Shown piece after piece: positions 8,681 through 17,901 of a stretch of DNA of 33,671 bases (its first letter is position 1; each line of letters starts with the position of its first letter). Where the stretch lies: contig DATEMT010000027.1 in NCBI GenBank assembly GCA_035275445.1, positions 1-33,671 on the forward strand, given 5' to 3'. Made by a program: the position numbers and the translations under genes. The notes under the pieces are model-generated. The model saw only the letters and a program-made list of their open reading frames with translations, searched no databases and was not told the origin of the DNA. This DNA comes from Methyloceanibacter sp. (GTDB lineage Bacteria; Pseudomonadota; Alphaproteobacteria; Rhizobiales; Methyloligellaceae).

Positions 8681-9198
8681 ATGCGACAGAAATTGGTCCC
8701 GGTAGCGCTTGTTCTGTGGGCGGCGTTTGCTCTCGCATCGCCGGCGTCGGCGGCCAGTAGCGCGACCGCAAGCCTCAAGGACGCAAGCGGCAAGGAGGTC
8801 GGCACGGCGGCGCTGACGGAAACGCCGAGCGGCGTCTTGATCCGCCTCGATCTGACGGCGGTGCCCTCGGGCGAGCACGCCCTGCATTTCCATGCCGTCG
8901 GCAAATGCGAGCCGCCGGACTTCAAATCGGCCGGTCCCATTTCAATCCCGCCGAGCACAAGCACGGGCTCGAGAACCCGGCCGGGCCTCATGCCGGCGAC
9001 ATGCCGAACCTCCATGTGCCCGGCGACGGCAAACTCAGCATCGAGGTGCTGAACCAAGCGGTGACGCTCAGCGGCAAGTCGGCGCTGCTCGACGGGGACG
9101 GCGCCGCCCTCGTGATCCATGCGGCGGCCGATGATTACCGCACCGATCCGGCCGGCAATGCCGGCGACCGCATCGCCTGCGGGGTCATCGCCCCCTAG
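8681..9198 (+). pseudogene. sodC: Periplasmic Cu/Zn superoxide dismutase interrupted by a 1-nt deletion (real or sequencing error)
   Basis: GGAGG RBS, signal peptide, HALHFHAVGKC...FKSAG in one frame; HFNP..HG...HAGD...VIH...AGDRIACGVI continues in the -1 frame; GGTCCCAT at 8933-8940 needs one more C to read SAGPHFNP. Confidence 0.9.
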
Positions 9199-9227
9199 TA
9201 TCGCCCCCCTAGTTAAGCCTCCCTAGG
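9187..9227 (+). repeat. Short tandem duplication of the sodC 3' end
   Basis: ATCGCCCCCTAGT (9187-9199), ATCGCCCCCCTAGT (9200-9213), degenerate TAAGCCTCCCTAGG (9214-9227). Confidence 0.7.
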
Positions 9228-9298
9228 GCTCGATTGCTTGAGCCCGGCGATTTGCGTTATGACAGGGGATCGCCTGGGCAAAAACCTGCACGACCACC

Positions 9299-9706
9299 AT
9301 GAATAACGCGAAATTGGGCGGAGAGCGGCCGCTTTCCCCGCATCTGCAAATTTACCGGCCGATGCTGACGATGCTGATGTCGATCGCGCACCGTATCTCG
9401 GGCGCGGCGAACGCGGCCGGCTTCGTCCTGCTCGCGTGGTGGCTGGTCGCCGTTGCAACCGGACCCGAAGCCTACGCCCAAGCCTCGCATTTCTTCGCAA
9501 GTACAATCGGGCGCATCGTGCTCCTTCTGTTCACCTGGTCGCTCGTCCATCACATGCTGGGCGGCATCCGTCACCTCGTGTGGGACACCGGCCGCGCGCT
9601 CGACAAGACGAGCATCGAGGTTCTCGCCTGGCTCACCATCATCGGCTCGATCGCGCTCACGGCTCTCATCTGGTATGCGGGCTACGCGCTGAGGGGGAGC
9701 GCCTAG
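9299..9706 (+). CDS. sdhC: Succinate dehydrogenase cytochrome b556 subunit
   Basis: RPLSPHLQIY, SIAHRISG, HHMLGGIRHL; first gene of the sdh operon. Confidence 0.96.
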   Translation: MNNAKLGGERPLSPHLQIYRPMLTMLMSIAHRISGAANAAGFVLLAWWLVAVATGPEAYAQASHFFASTIGRIVLLLFTWSLVHHMLGGIRHLVWDTGRALDKTSIEVLAWLTIIGSIALTALIWYAGYALRGSA

Positions 9707-9707
9707 C

Positions 9708-10082
9708 ATGGCTACGCCCCTGAAAAAGGTCCGCGGGCTTGGCGCCGCCCATGGCGGCACCGAGACCTTCTGGCGCCAGCGGCTGACCGCGCTCGCCAAC
9801 ATCCCGCTCACGGTTTTCCTGATCTATTCGATCGTGAGCCATGTCGGCGCCGATTACGGCACCGTAAAAGCCTATTTCGCCCGGCCCATCGTCGCCGCGC
9901 TGATGCTCGCGCTCGTCCTCTCCGCCGCCATCCACATGCGGATCGGGCTGAAGGAGATCATCGCCGACTACGTCCACGGCGACGGCGCCAAGATCGCCGC
10001 GATCGCGTTTGCCAATTTCTTCGCGGCGGGACTTATCATCGCCGCCGGCCTCGCCATTCTCAAGATCAGTCTCGGATCGTAG
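9708..10082 (+). CDS. sdhD: Succinate dehydrogenase membrane anchor
   Basis: [29 protein letters not shown]; operon position. Confidence 0.95.
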   Translation: MATPLKKVRGLGAAHGGTETFWRQRLTALANIPLTVFLIYSIVSHVGADYGTVKAYFARPIVAALMLALVLSAAIHMRIGLKEIIADYVHGDGAKIAAIAFANFFAAGLIIAAGLAILKISLGS

Positions 10083-10087
10083 TCGCC

Positions 10088-11935
10088 ATGGCTCAAGACG
10101 CTAAGCCGGTCGATCCCGCTTTGCACAACGCGGTCCAGGTCAACGGCCGCGCCTACCCGATCATCGACCATGCCTATGACGTGGTGGTGGTCGGCGCCGG
10201 CGGCTCGGGGCTCCGCGCCGTGGTCGGGTGCAGCGAGGCCGGGCTTCGCACCGCCTGCATCACCAAGGTGTTCCCAACCCGCTCCCACACCGTGGCGGCG
10301 CAAGGCGGCATTGCCGCGGCGCTCGGCAATATGGGCCCCGACGATTGGCGCTGGCACATGTACGACACGGTGAAGGGGTCCGACTGGCTCGGCGACCAGG
10401 ACGCCATCGAATATCTCTGCCGCAACGCGCCGCAGGCGGTTTACGAGCTCGAACATTGGGGCGTGCCCTTCTCGCGCACCGATGAAGGCAAGATCCTTCA
10501 GCGCGCTTTCGGCGGCATGACCACCGATTTCGGCAAAGGCCAGGCCAAGCGCACCTGCGCCGCCGCCGACCGCACCGGCCATGCCATGCTGCACACCATG
10601 TACGGCCAGGCGCTGCGCCATTCGGCCGAGTTCTTCATCGAGTATTTCGCCATCGACCTCATCATGGACGATGAGGGACGCTGCCGCGGCGTCGTCGCGC
10701 TGTCGATGCAGGACGGCACGTTGCATCGCTTCCGCGCCCATCAGGTCATTCTCGCGACCGGCGGTTATGGCCGCACCTATTTCTCCTGCACCTCGGCCCA
10801 TATCTGCACCGGCGACGGCAACGCCATGGTGTTGCGCGCCGGACTTCCCCTTCAGGACATGGAGTTCGTGCAGTTCCATCCGACCGGCGTCTACGGCGCG
10901 GGCGTGCTCATCACCGAGGGCGCGCGCGGCGAAGGCGGCTTCTTGCGCAATTCCAAAGGCGAGAAGTTCATGGAGCGCTACGCGCCGTCAGCCAAGGACC
11001 TCGCCTCGCGCGACGTGGTCTCGCGCGCGATCACCATCGAGATCCGGGAGGGCCGGGGCCACGGTCCCGACAAGGACTATATTCACCTGCATCTGGAGCA
11101 TCTCGACCCGGCGCTGATCGAGGAGCGGCTCCCCGGCATTACCGAGTCGGCCCGCATCTTCGCCGGCGTCGATGTCAGGACGGAGCCGATCCCGGTCACG
11201 CCCACCTGTCACTACAATATGGGCGGGATTCCCACCAACATGCATGGCGAGGCGATCAGCCCGCGCGAAGGCGATCCCGACGCCGTGGTCCCCGGCCTCA
11301 TGGCGCTCGGCGAGGCGGCGTGCGTTTCGGTGCATGGCGCCAATCGGCTCGGCTCCAACTCGCTGATCGATCTCGTCGTTTTTGGTCGCGCCGCCGCCCA
11401 TCGCTGCGCCGAGCTCATCGCCAAAGGCGGCGCCATTCCCGAACTGCCCAAGGGCGCGGGCGAGCAGGCGATCGCGCGGCTCGACCGCTTCCGCCACGCC
11501 AATGGCAGCATGCCGACGGCAGAGCTTCGCTTGCGCATGCAGAAGATCATGCAGCGCGACTGCTCGGTGTTCCGCACCAAAAAGGTGCTGCAAGAGGGCA
11601 CCGCGGCCATTCGCGCCGTGTGGGAGGACGCGGCCGACATCCGCGTCACCGACCGCTCTCTGATCTGGAACACCGACCTGATCGAGACGCTCGAGTTCGA
11701 CAATCTCATCGCCCAGGCGGCCGTCACCGTCGAGGGGGCGCTCGCCCGCGAGGAGAGCCGCGGCGCGCATGCGCGCGAGGACTTCCCCAAGCGCGACGAC
11801 AAGAACTGGATGAAGCACACGCTGTCCTGGGCCGACGAGAAGAGCCACGACGTCAAGCTCGAGTATCGCCCGGTGCACAAATTCACGCTGTCGAACGAGG
11901 TCGCCTATATCGAGCCCAAGGAGCGGGTATACTAG
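10088..11935 (+). CDS. sdhA: Succinate dehydrogenase flavoprotein
   Basis: [16 protein letters not shown] (FAD-His), [29 protein letters not shown]. Confidence 0.98.
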   Translation: MAQDAKPVDPALHNAVQVNGRAYPIIDHAYDVVVVGAGGSGLRAVVGCSEAGLRTACITKVFPTRSHTVAAQGGIAAALGNMGPDDWRWHMYDTVKGSDWLGDQDAIEYLCRNAPQAVYELEHWGVPFSRTDEGKILQRAFGGMTTDFGKGQAKRTCAAADRTGHAMLHTMYGQALRHSAEFFIEYFAIDLIMDDEGRCRGVVALSMQDGTLHRFRAHQVILATGGYGRTYFSCTSAHICTGDGNAMVLRAGLPLQDMEFVQFHPTGVYGAGVLITEGARGEGGFLRNSKGEKFMERYAPSAKDLASRDVVSRAITIEIREGRGHGPDKDYIHLHLEHLDPALIEERLPGITESARIFAGVDVRTEPIPVTPTCHYNMGGIPTNMHGEAISPREGDPDAVVPGLMALGEAACVSVHGANRLGSNSLIDLVVFGRAAAHRCAELIAKGGAIPELPKGAGEQAIARLDRFRHANGSMPTAELRLRMQKIMQRDCSVFRTKKVLQEGTAAIRAVWEDAADIRVTDRSLIWNTDLIETLEFDNLIAQAAVTVEGALAREESRGAHAREDFPKRDDKNWMKHTLSWADEKSHDVKLEYRPVHKFTLSNEVAYIEPKERVY

Positions 11936-11950
11936 CCCTCAAGGTCTAAG

Positions 11951-12739
11951 ATGGTTCAATTCACCCTTCCCAGGAACTCGAAGGTCAAGCAAGGCAAGGC
12001 CTGGAACCCGCCGCCCTCGGGCGCGCCGGAAGCGCGCTATCGCGTCTACCGCATCTACCGCTTCGACCCCGACACCGGTGAGAACCCGCGCCTCGACACC
12101 TATTGGGTGGACATGGAGGAGTGCGGGCCGATGGTGCTCGACGCGCTCATCTGGATCAAAAACAACGTCGACCCCACCCTCACCTTCCGGCGCTCGTGCC
12201 GCGAAGGTGTGTGCGGCTCGTGCTCGATGAACATCGCCGGCACCAACACGCTCGCCTGCACCATGCACGCCGAGGACGCCAAGGGCGCGATCGCAATTTA
12301 TCCCTTGCCGCACATGCCGGTGATCAAGGACCTCGTGCCGGACATGACGAATTTCTTCGCGCAGCTTCGGTCCATCGAGCCGTGGCTCAAGACCGACAGC
12401 CCGACGCCGCAGAAGGAGTGGCGTCAATCGAAGGAGGACCGCGACAAGCTCGACGGGCTCTACGAGTGCATCCTCTGCGCCTGCTGCTCGACCGCCTGCC
12501 CGTCTTATTGGTGGAACGGCGACCGCTATCTCGGGCCCGCCATCCTGTTGCAGGCGGACCGCTGGGTCGAGGACAGCCGCGACGAGCGCACCGGCGAGCG
12601 CCTCGACGAACTGGAGGACCCGTTCCGGCTTTATCGCTGCCACACCATTCTCAATTGCACCAAGGCCTGCCCCAAGGGGCTGAACCCGGCGGCGGCCATC
12701 GCCTCGCTCAAGCGGAAGCTGGTTGAACGCGCGGAATAG
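11951..12739 (+). CDS. sdhB: Succinate dehydrogenase iron-sulfur subunit
   Basis: [38 protein letters not shown]. Confidence 0.98.
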   Translation: MVQFTLPRNSKVKQGKAWNPPPSGAPEARYRVYRIYRFDPDTGENPRLDTYWVDMEECGPMVLDALIWIKNNVDPTLTFRRSCREGVCGSCSMNIAGTNTLACTMHAEDAKGAIAIYPLPHMPVIKDLVPDMTNFFAQLRSIEPWLKTDSPTPQKEWRQSKEDRDKLDGLYECILCACCSTACPSYWWNGDRYLGPAILLQADRWVEDSRDERTGERLDELEDPFRLYRCHTILNCTKACPKGLNPAAAIASLKRKLVERAE

Positions 12740-12763
12740 ACGCCCGCAATCGAGGTCTGCGCC

Positions 12764-13180
12764 ATGATCGATCACCTCGGCATACCCGTCGGCGACATTG
12801 CCCGCGCCACGGAATTCTATCGCAAAGCGCTCGCGCCCTTGGGGTATGGGGTGGTGATGGAGGTCTCGGCGGCCGAGACCGGCGACAGTGCCGCGGTCGG
12901 CCTCGGACCTCCGGGGAAGGCTCAAGATTTCCAGAGCGGTAAGCCTTCGTTCTGGATCAGCGAAGGCAAGCCCCTCGACGAGCACATCCACGTCGCGTTC
13001 CTGGCGCCCACGCGCGCGAGCGTCGATGCGTTCTATCGCGCCGCTCTCGAAGCCGGCGGCAAGGACAACGGGCCTCCCGGCCTTCGCCCCCAGTATCACG
13101 CCAATTACTACGGCGCCTTCGTCTTCGATCTCGACGGCAACAACATCGAGGCCGTCTGCCACGCTCCCGCGCTCAAGTAG
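12764..13180 (+). CDS. VOC/glyoxalase family protein
   Basis: MIDHLGIPV.D...A..FY, HVAF.A, VDAFY.AAL.AGG.DNG.PGLR..YH.NYYGAFV.D.DGNNIEAVCH. Confidence 0.9.
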   Translation: MIDHLGIPVGDIARATEFYRKALAPLGYGVVMEVSAAETGDSAAVGLGPPGKAQDFQSGKPSFWISEGKPLDEHIHVAFLAPTRASVDAFYRAALEAGGKDNGPPGLRPQYHANYYGAFVFDLDGNNIEAVCHAPALK

Positions 13181-13246
13181 CGCAGCGGTAGCGCGTCAAT
13201 AAACCAGCTCAAGTAGCGAAGCGGCAGCGCGACCAAAGGACTCAAG
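13171..13246 (+). repeat. Imperfect ~35-nt direct repeats between convergent genes
   Basis: GCTCAAGTAGCGCAGCGGTAGCGCGTCAATAAACCA / GCTCAAGTAGCGAAGCGGCAGCGCGACCAAAGGA / CTCAAG. Confidence 0.75.
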
Positions 13247-13247
13247 G

Positions 13248-13766
13248 CTAGCGGGTGCAGCGCGGGAGCGAGAAGGTGCAGGTCGGCAGTTCTTGCTTCC
13301 GCATCGCTTCCTGCTTCTCCGGGTTCTTCTCCGCCTGCCATTCGTAAGGACTGCGCACGTCCTTATGCGCGAAGTTCACGCTGGTAAGTTTTCCCTCCTC
13401 GAATCTGAGGGTCGCCGAGCAGGTCCAGTCCTTGTCCTTCTTCTTGCCCTTCTTGTCGCCGAAGAGGTCGGCGATCGAGCTCTTCTTATCCTTGTCCTTG
13501 GACTTGTCCTTCTCGCCGGACTTGGCCGGCTCGGGGGGAACCGGCCCCGCGCCGCTATAGTGATAGGTCAGGGTCTCGGCGTTGAGGCCGCTGCGAAAGC
13601 GGGAATGCGGATCGCCGGCGCAGGCGATGATTTCGGCTTGCGTCATGCCGAGATAGGGCGCCGCCGGATCGCGCGCTTGAGCAGAGGCGATGAGCCCGGC
13701 CGAGAGACCGGCGCCAGCCAGCAGCAGGAGACCGAATCTCGCCGGAAGCGTCGAAGAGGAGCGCAT
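13248..13766 (-). CDS. Hypothetical exported protein with Lys/Asp-rich linker and four Cys (~172 aa)
   Basis: GAGGAG RBS 7 nt before ATG; signal peptide ending AQA; coding-like codon usage. Confidence 0.7.
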   Translation of the reverse strand: MRSSSTLPARFGLLLLAGAGLSAGLIASAQARDPAAPYLGMTQAEIIACAGDPHSRFRSGLNAETLTYHYSGAGPVPPEPAKSGEKDKSKDKDKKSSIADLFGDKKGKKKDKDWTCSATLRFEEGKLTSVNFAHKDVRSPYEWQAEKNPEKQEAMRKQELPTCTFSLPRCTR

Positions 13767-13815
13767 CACATTGCTCCTCGTCTCCGAATCCGGCGGCATG
13801 ATGGCGGCGACAGCG

Positions 13816-14241
13816 CTATTCCGGCAGCGAATCTCCCGACCCGCCGAACTCGGCCGGAAAGTCCTTGAACTTCGGCAGGCCGTCGCGCATGGGCAGCACC
13901 GCCTCGGCGTAGTTGACGTGGAGGACCGGGACGAACTTCAAATCCGGCAGCGTCGCCGCGTAAACATCGACGAGGCCTAACCCCGGGTGGTTGGTCATCA
14001 GATGGCCGCCGCATCTCTGGCAATATTGCCGCTCGCTGTTCGCCGTCTTCTTGTAGGTGGCGACAAGCTCGGCTCCGTCGACGACGCGCACGGCGTCGGG
14101 CTGCCACAGCGTGAAGGCGTTGACCGGCGAAGCCGACCAGGAACGGCAGGATCGGCAGTGGCAGTAGCCCATGCCCTCCGGTGCGCCGGACGCTTCGAGC
14201 TTGACCGCCCCGCAGAAACATTCACCGCTATACGTCGCCAT
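13816..14241 (-). CDS. GFA/CENP-V family Zn-binding protein
   Basis: G.CFCGAV, CHCRSCR, YCQRCGGH; the AAGGAG RBS favours the ATG at 14241. Confidence 0.9.
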   Translation of the reverse strand: MATYSGECFCGAVKLEASGAPEGMGYCHCRSCRSWSASPVNAFTLWQPDAVRVVDGAELVATYKKTANSERQYCQRCGGHLMTNHPGLGLVDVYAATLPDLKFVPVLHVNYAEAVLPMRDGLPKFKDFPAEFGGSGDSLPE

Positions 14242-14350
14242 TTCCATCTCCTTCGCTCGCGCAAATCCCGCTTCGAGCCGACGCGGCGCGCCGGCTCCTT
14301 ACGCCAATCGAGCGCGACGCCGCGCCGATCGACGATAGATCTGCCGTGGC

Positions 14351-15571
14351 TTATTCTCCGAGTTTGTGGCCGGCCTTGGGCACGAGCGTCCAGCCGCGTG
14401 CGGCCAATTGCGCGGTGGCTTTCGCGCTTGCCCGTCCCGTGATCCACATCTCGCCCTTCCCGCCGGCACCGCCAACGAGCGCCTCGAGCGGCGGCGACCA
14501 ATAGACATAATCGACCGGGAGGACGCTGACTGTGCCCTTCGCGGTCTGGAGCATGGGCGCGCCGCCTGCCCGCACGAAAGCGGTGACCGGCGCGATCCTT
14601 TCGTCATAGCCCGCGATCAGCTCCGCCTGCCGCCGGTAGAAAAAGCCCATCTCGATGCTCTGGGTGCCCGCGGCGCTGGCGATGAAGATCTCGCGTCCGC
14701 TCGCCGCCCGGAGCTTGGCGAGCGACTCGACGACGACGGCCTTGTCGGTCGGCGAAAGCTGCGGATTGGCGTAGAAGGCCTCGATGGTCGGGGGCGGCAC
14801 CGCCATCGCGGCGAGCGTCAGCCGTCCCTCCTTCTCGAGCTGCGCCGCCGTCTTGTCGCGCAGCGCAAGCCGCAGCGTCCGGCTGGTGCCGCCGACGCTG
14901 ATGGCAATGCCGGCGCCGCCGGTGACGAAGGCAAGTCCGGCATTGGTGCCGGTTTCGCCGATGGCGTTGGCGGTGGCGAGGCGCGTCAGCTCGTCGTGCA
15001 GCGGCGGGAACGTCGTGTTGGGATCGACCCCGAAATCGTAAGCGAGCTTGCGCCGCGCCGTGGCGCCGCCGGTGACGGAAGCGATCAAGCGCTCTTTATG
15101 CGGATCGGTGGCGGCCATGGAGGCATCGACGCTGCCGAAGAGATTGCCGACACCGCGCACCGTGTCGCCGATGGTTCGTCCGGGCGCGGTGACGAGGTCC
15201 TTGGCGGTGGCGAGCGGCTTCAGCGCCGTGCGCCCCGCCGCATTGACCATGGTGCCGGCGCCGTCGATCTGCGCGAGTGCCGCGGTCGCGGCCATCTCGC
15301 GCGCGCGGACGTGCATCAGGTCGAGACCTTGGACCGTGAACGGGCCCCATCTTGTATCGACCCTGAACACGTATTGGAAATTGTCGAGGCCGACTTGATT
15401 GGCGACGGTGAAGTTGGGGCTGTTGAGCAGATCGGGTGGGAGCACCTGCGCCGCGCTGAAGCTCGGCGGTTGCTCATAGGAGCCGGCGACGGCATGCGCG
15501 CTGATGAAAGCACTTATGGCCGCGAACGCGACAGACGCAACCCCGCCAAGCCGGAAACGCTTGCAACTCAC
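14351..15571 (-). CDS. Hypothetical exported protein, 406 aa
   Basis: Long ORF with GGGGAG RBS and GTG start, N-terminal signal (..AHAVA), ordinary globular composition; no recognised catalytic motif. Confidence 0.8.
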   Translation of the reverse strand: MSCKRFRLGGVASVAFAAISAFISAHAVAGSYEQPPSFSAAQVLPPDLLNSPNFTVANQVGLDNFQYVFRVDTRWGPFTVQGLDLMHVRAREMAATAALAQIDGAGTMVNAAGRTALKPLATAKDLVTAPGRTIGDTVRGVGNLFGSVDASMAATDPHKERLIASVTGGATARRKLAYDFGVDPNTTFPPLHDELTRLATANAIGETGTNAGLAFVTGGAGIAISVGGTSRTLRLALRDKTAAQLEKEGRLTLAAMAVPPPTIEAFYANPQLSPTDKAVVVESLAKLRAASGREIFIASAAGTQSIEMGFFYRRQAELIAGYDERIAPVTAFVRAGGAPMLQTAKGTVSVLPVDYVYWSPPLEALVGGAGGKGEMWITGRASAKATAQLAARGWTLVPKAGHKLGE

Positions 15572-15685
15572 GACGCGCTCCCCCTCACCCCGACTTCACG
15601 CCGCGCGTGAAACACGGGGCACGGAAGCGAGCTTAGCTTCAAAACGCCACGCTGAGAAGGACGCCCGAAACCGCGCCACGCAAGC

Positions 15686-15716
15686 AAAAACCCCGGCCCG
15701 TCGCCCGGGCCGGGGT
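15686..15716 (-). terminator. Rho-independent terminator of the 15741-16175 gene
   Basis: Stem ACCCCGGCCCG / CGGGCCGGGGT, 5-nt loop, adjacent A5 (U tract on the minus strand). Confidence 0.8.
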
Positions 15717-15740
15717 CGATGCCGCCGAAAAACGTCGGGC

Positions 15741-16175
15741 TTACTTGTTGGTGCAGGTGCCGAAACCGGAAATCACCGTATCGGCCGAAGCGAAGCTCAC
15801 CGAGGCGGCCGGGCTCGCCTGATGGATCACGATCTGCCAGCCGAAGGCGCGATCGATGCCGTGAACCATGAGCTGGCCGCCGGATTCGACCACCGCATCG
15901 ATATTGTCGGTGCGGGCGTAACCGGTTTCGTCCACCGCGGAAACCACCGTGTTCTCGAAATCGACCGTGACTTTCAGCGGAAGCGGCATGCCGGCGAGGT
16001 CGCTTCCGGCCTTGCAGGCGCCGTCGGTGGAGCAGGCGTTGACGCTCTTGAACTCGCAATGGAGGGTGGGAATCGGCTGAGCTTCGGGCGCCGCCTTCTG
16101 CTCCTCGGCAAAGGCCGGAAGGCTCGCCGCAAGCAAGACCGCGGCGGCAGCAACCCGTCGGAACATTATCGTCAT
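15741..16175 (-). CDS. Hypothetical exported protein (144 aa, four Cys)
   Basis: GGAGGAG RBS, signal peptide ending PAFA, C-x7-C-x5-C and C-terminal FGTC; followed by a terminator. Confidence 0.78.
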   Translation of the reverse strand: MTIMFRRVAAAAVLLAASLPAFAEEQKAAPEAQPIPTLHCEFKSVNACSTDGACKAGSDLAGMPLPLKVTVDFENTVVSAVDETGYARTDNIDAVVESGGQLMVHGIDRAFGWQIVIHQASPAASVSFASADTVISGFGTCTNK

Positions 16176-16248
16176 GAAGGTCTCCTCCGGCGCCGTTCGA
16201 GTGGCGCCAACTTGTTTCAATTTGAACGATGACGCCGGCGTCGAAAGC

Positions 16249-16536
16249 CTAGTAGCGGCAGTAATAGGGCGCTGGGCCGACAAGCGGACAGGGCGGATAG
16301 GGCGGGTAGGCCGGATAGGCATAGCCCGGCGTCACGACGGGACCGCCGTAATAGTAGCGCGGAGCAACGTAGGGCGAGGCGAGAGCAGCACCAGCGATGG
16401 CGCCGGCGGCGAACGCCCCGCATCCCCAGCAGCCGCCATGCCAATGCGCCGACGCGCTGCCGCTCATCGCGGCCATGGCCGCGATCGCGCAAGCGGCGAG
16501 CGCCGCTTTGCGTAGTGAACGTCCCAAAGCTGTCAT
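16249..16536 (-). CDS. Small secreted Gly/Tyr/Pro-rich protein (95 aa)
   Basis: GGAGG RBS; signal peptide ending ASA; HWHGGCWGC, Gly/Ala hydrophobic stretch, YP-rich tail. Confidence 0.72.
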   Translation of the reverse strand: MTALGRSLRKAALAACAIAAMAAMSGSASAHWHGGCWGCGAFAAGAIAGAALASPYVAPRYYYGGPVVTPGYAYPAYPPYPPCPLVGPAPYYCRY

Positions 16537-16666
16537 TGCGATGTACCTCCGTGAAGCTTGATGGCGCGGAGATTGAAGTTCGCAGCCGGATCAAAGTCCA
16601 GAGCGATTTGGCGCACGACCCGCTCTTTTGCCGCTCTTGGTAACCGAAATTGGCAGCGATGCCGTT

Positions 16667-16837
16667 CTATTTGAAAAGCGCGAAATAGATCACGTAGAGC
16701 CAGCTCAAGAAGCCGTGGATGATCGCCCACAGGATCGAGTGGTTGTTGACGTAAGAGATGGCGATGGCGAGCGCCGTGCCGAAGCTGATGCCGTATTTGG
16801 CGCCCTCGACCCGATAGTTGTAGACGGTTCCGTTCAT
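16667..16837 (-). CDS. Small membrane protein (56 aa)
   Basis: GGAGGAG RBS; MNGTVYNYRVEGAKYGISFGTALAIAISYVNNHSILWAIIHGFLSWLYVIYFALFK; appears in the ORF track only as the tail of an over-extended ORF. Confidence 0.78.
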   Translation of the reverse strand: MNGTVYNYRVEGAKYGISFGTALAIAISYVNNHSILWAIIHGFLSWLYVIYFALFK

Positions 16838-16979
16838 CGTCTCCTCCGAATGAGCATGGCCGCGAACATGCGGGCAGTTTTGCGCTAGCATATTATCCGA
16901 ACGAGGCTGCATGCGAACCGCGCAACGCCGTCGCACGATGGTTTGGAACCGGCAACCCCAAGACGAACGAGCCCTGGTC

Positions 16980-17405
16980 ATGACACTGAAGAACGCTGTT
17001 TTCGCCATTGCTTTTGCCTCTGCGCTCGTCGGCGCGGGGCTCGCACCCGCCCGCGATGCGCAAAGCGACAGACCCGTGACGGCAGAGCAATTGATCGCGC
17101 AAGCATTGGCCGACGACCCGGGCAAAGAGGTCATCGCGCAGGTCTATACGTTCCCGCCCGGCGCCGTGCTGCCCTGGCACATCCATCCTGACGCGCACGA
17201 GATCGCCTATGTCCTCGAAGGCACCCTCACCTTCGAGCGCGAGGGAGACGCCCCGCGAAAGATCGCCGCGGGCGGGGCCGAATATCTCGCGCCCAATGTC
17301 GTCCATCGCGGCATGAACAAGACCGACAAGCCGGTGCGGCTGTTCGTTGTGCGCGTCAAGCCGAAGGACAAGCCGCTCGTCGAAGAGGTCCCGCCGCCGC
17401 AATGA
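16980..17405 (+). CDS. Exported cupin-domain protein
   Basis: Signal peptide; PPG...PWHIHP..E.AYVLEG and P..VH cupin motifs. Confidence 0.88.
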   Translation: MTLKNAVFAIAFASALVGAGLAPARDAQSDRPVTAEQLIAQALADDPGKEVIAQVYTFPPGAVLPWHIHPDAHEIAYVLEGTLTFEREGDAPRKIAAGGAEYLAPNVVHRGMNKTDKPVRLFVVRVKPKDKPLVEEVPPPQ

Positions 17406-17411
17406 TGGCCG

Positions 17412-17840
17412 TCAGCGCCGCCCGCTTCTTCGCCGCAGCGTGGGGAGCCCGACGGCCCAGGCGATGAGCGCGATCAGCCAATGAAACAGGTTCGTCCGGT
17501 CATTGAGGTTCATGCCGAGATCGTAGGACGTGAACGTGCCGAGAACTGCGAGCGCGGTGAAGAACGCGGCAAACGCGAGCACGAAGGGAAGCGCGTAGCG
17601 GGGTTGGAAGAAGCCGATATAGGTCCCGGCCCCGCCCCATAGCAGGTTGACCGCGGCGAGCAGCGGCGCGATGCGAAAGCCGAGCGCGAAGCTCTCCGGA
17701 TCGCTGTCGAAGCCGAAATAGGCATAGGCCAGAAGAACGAGCGCGCCTTGCGCGAGCAGATAGACGCTGAGCCGCGCCGCCCAGACCACCGCCGGCCAGT
17801 TCGTTTCCGGTACCTCGTCGCTCGCCTGAGTATCGGCCAT
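17412..17840 (-). CDS. Four-TM membrane protein, DUF4383-like
   Basis: Four hydrophobic helices and an LN...N.FH motif; family assignment is tentative. Confidence 0.62.
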   Translation of the reverse strand: MADTQASDEVPETNWPAVVWAARLSVYLLAQGALVLLAYAYFGFDSDPESFALGFRIAPLLAAVNLLWGGAGTYIGFFQPRYALPFVLAFAAFFTALAVLGTFTSYDLGMNLNDRTNLFHWLIALIAWAVGLPTLRRRSGRR

Positions 17841-17901
17841 GGCGTCCCTTTGCCGAGCTTACCCGATAAGGCCGCTTCCCCTCAACGCCGCGATCCATCC
17901 C

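Noticed and set aside
8925-8945. Programmed -1 ribosomal frameshift in sodC
   Set aside because: There is no X-XXY-YYZ slippery heptamer at the junction; an indel or sequencing error is simpler
13171-13246. Repeats as a CRISPR array
   Set aside because: Only two imperfect adjacent units, with no spacers and no cas genes
13816-14241. GFA protein as the formaldehyde-activating enzyme Gfa of methylotrophy
   Set aside because: It is a short generic GFA/CENP-V member with no glutathione-dependent formaldehyde dehydrogenase or S-formylglutathione hydrolase nearby
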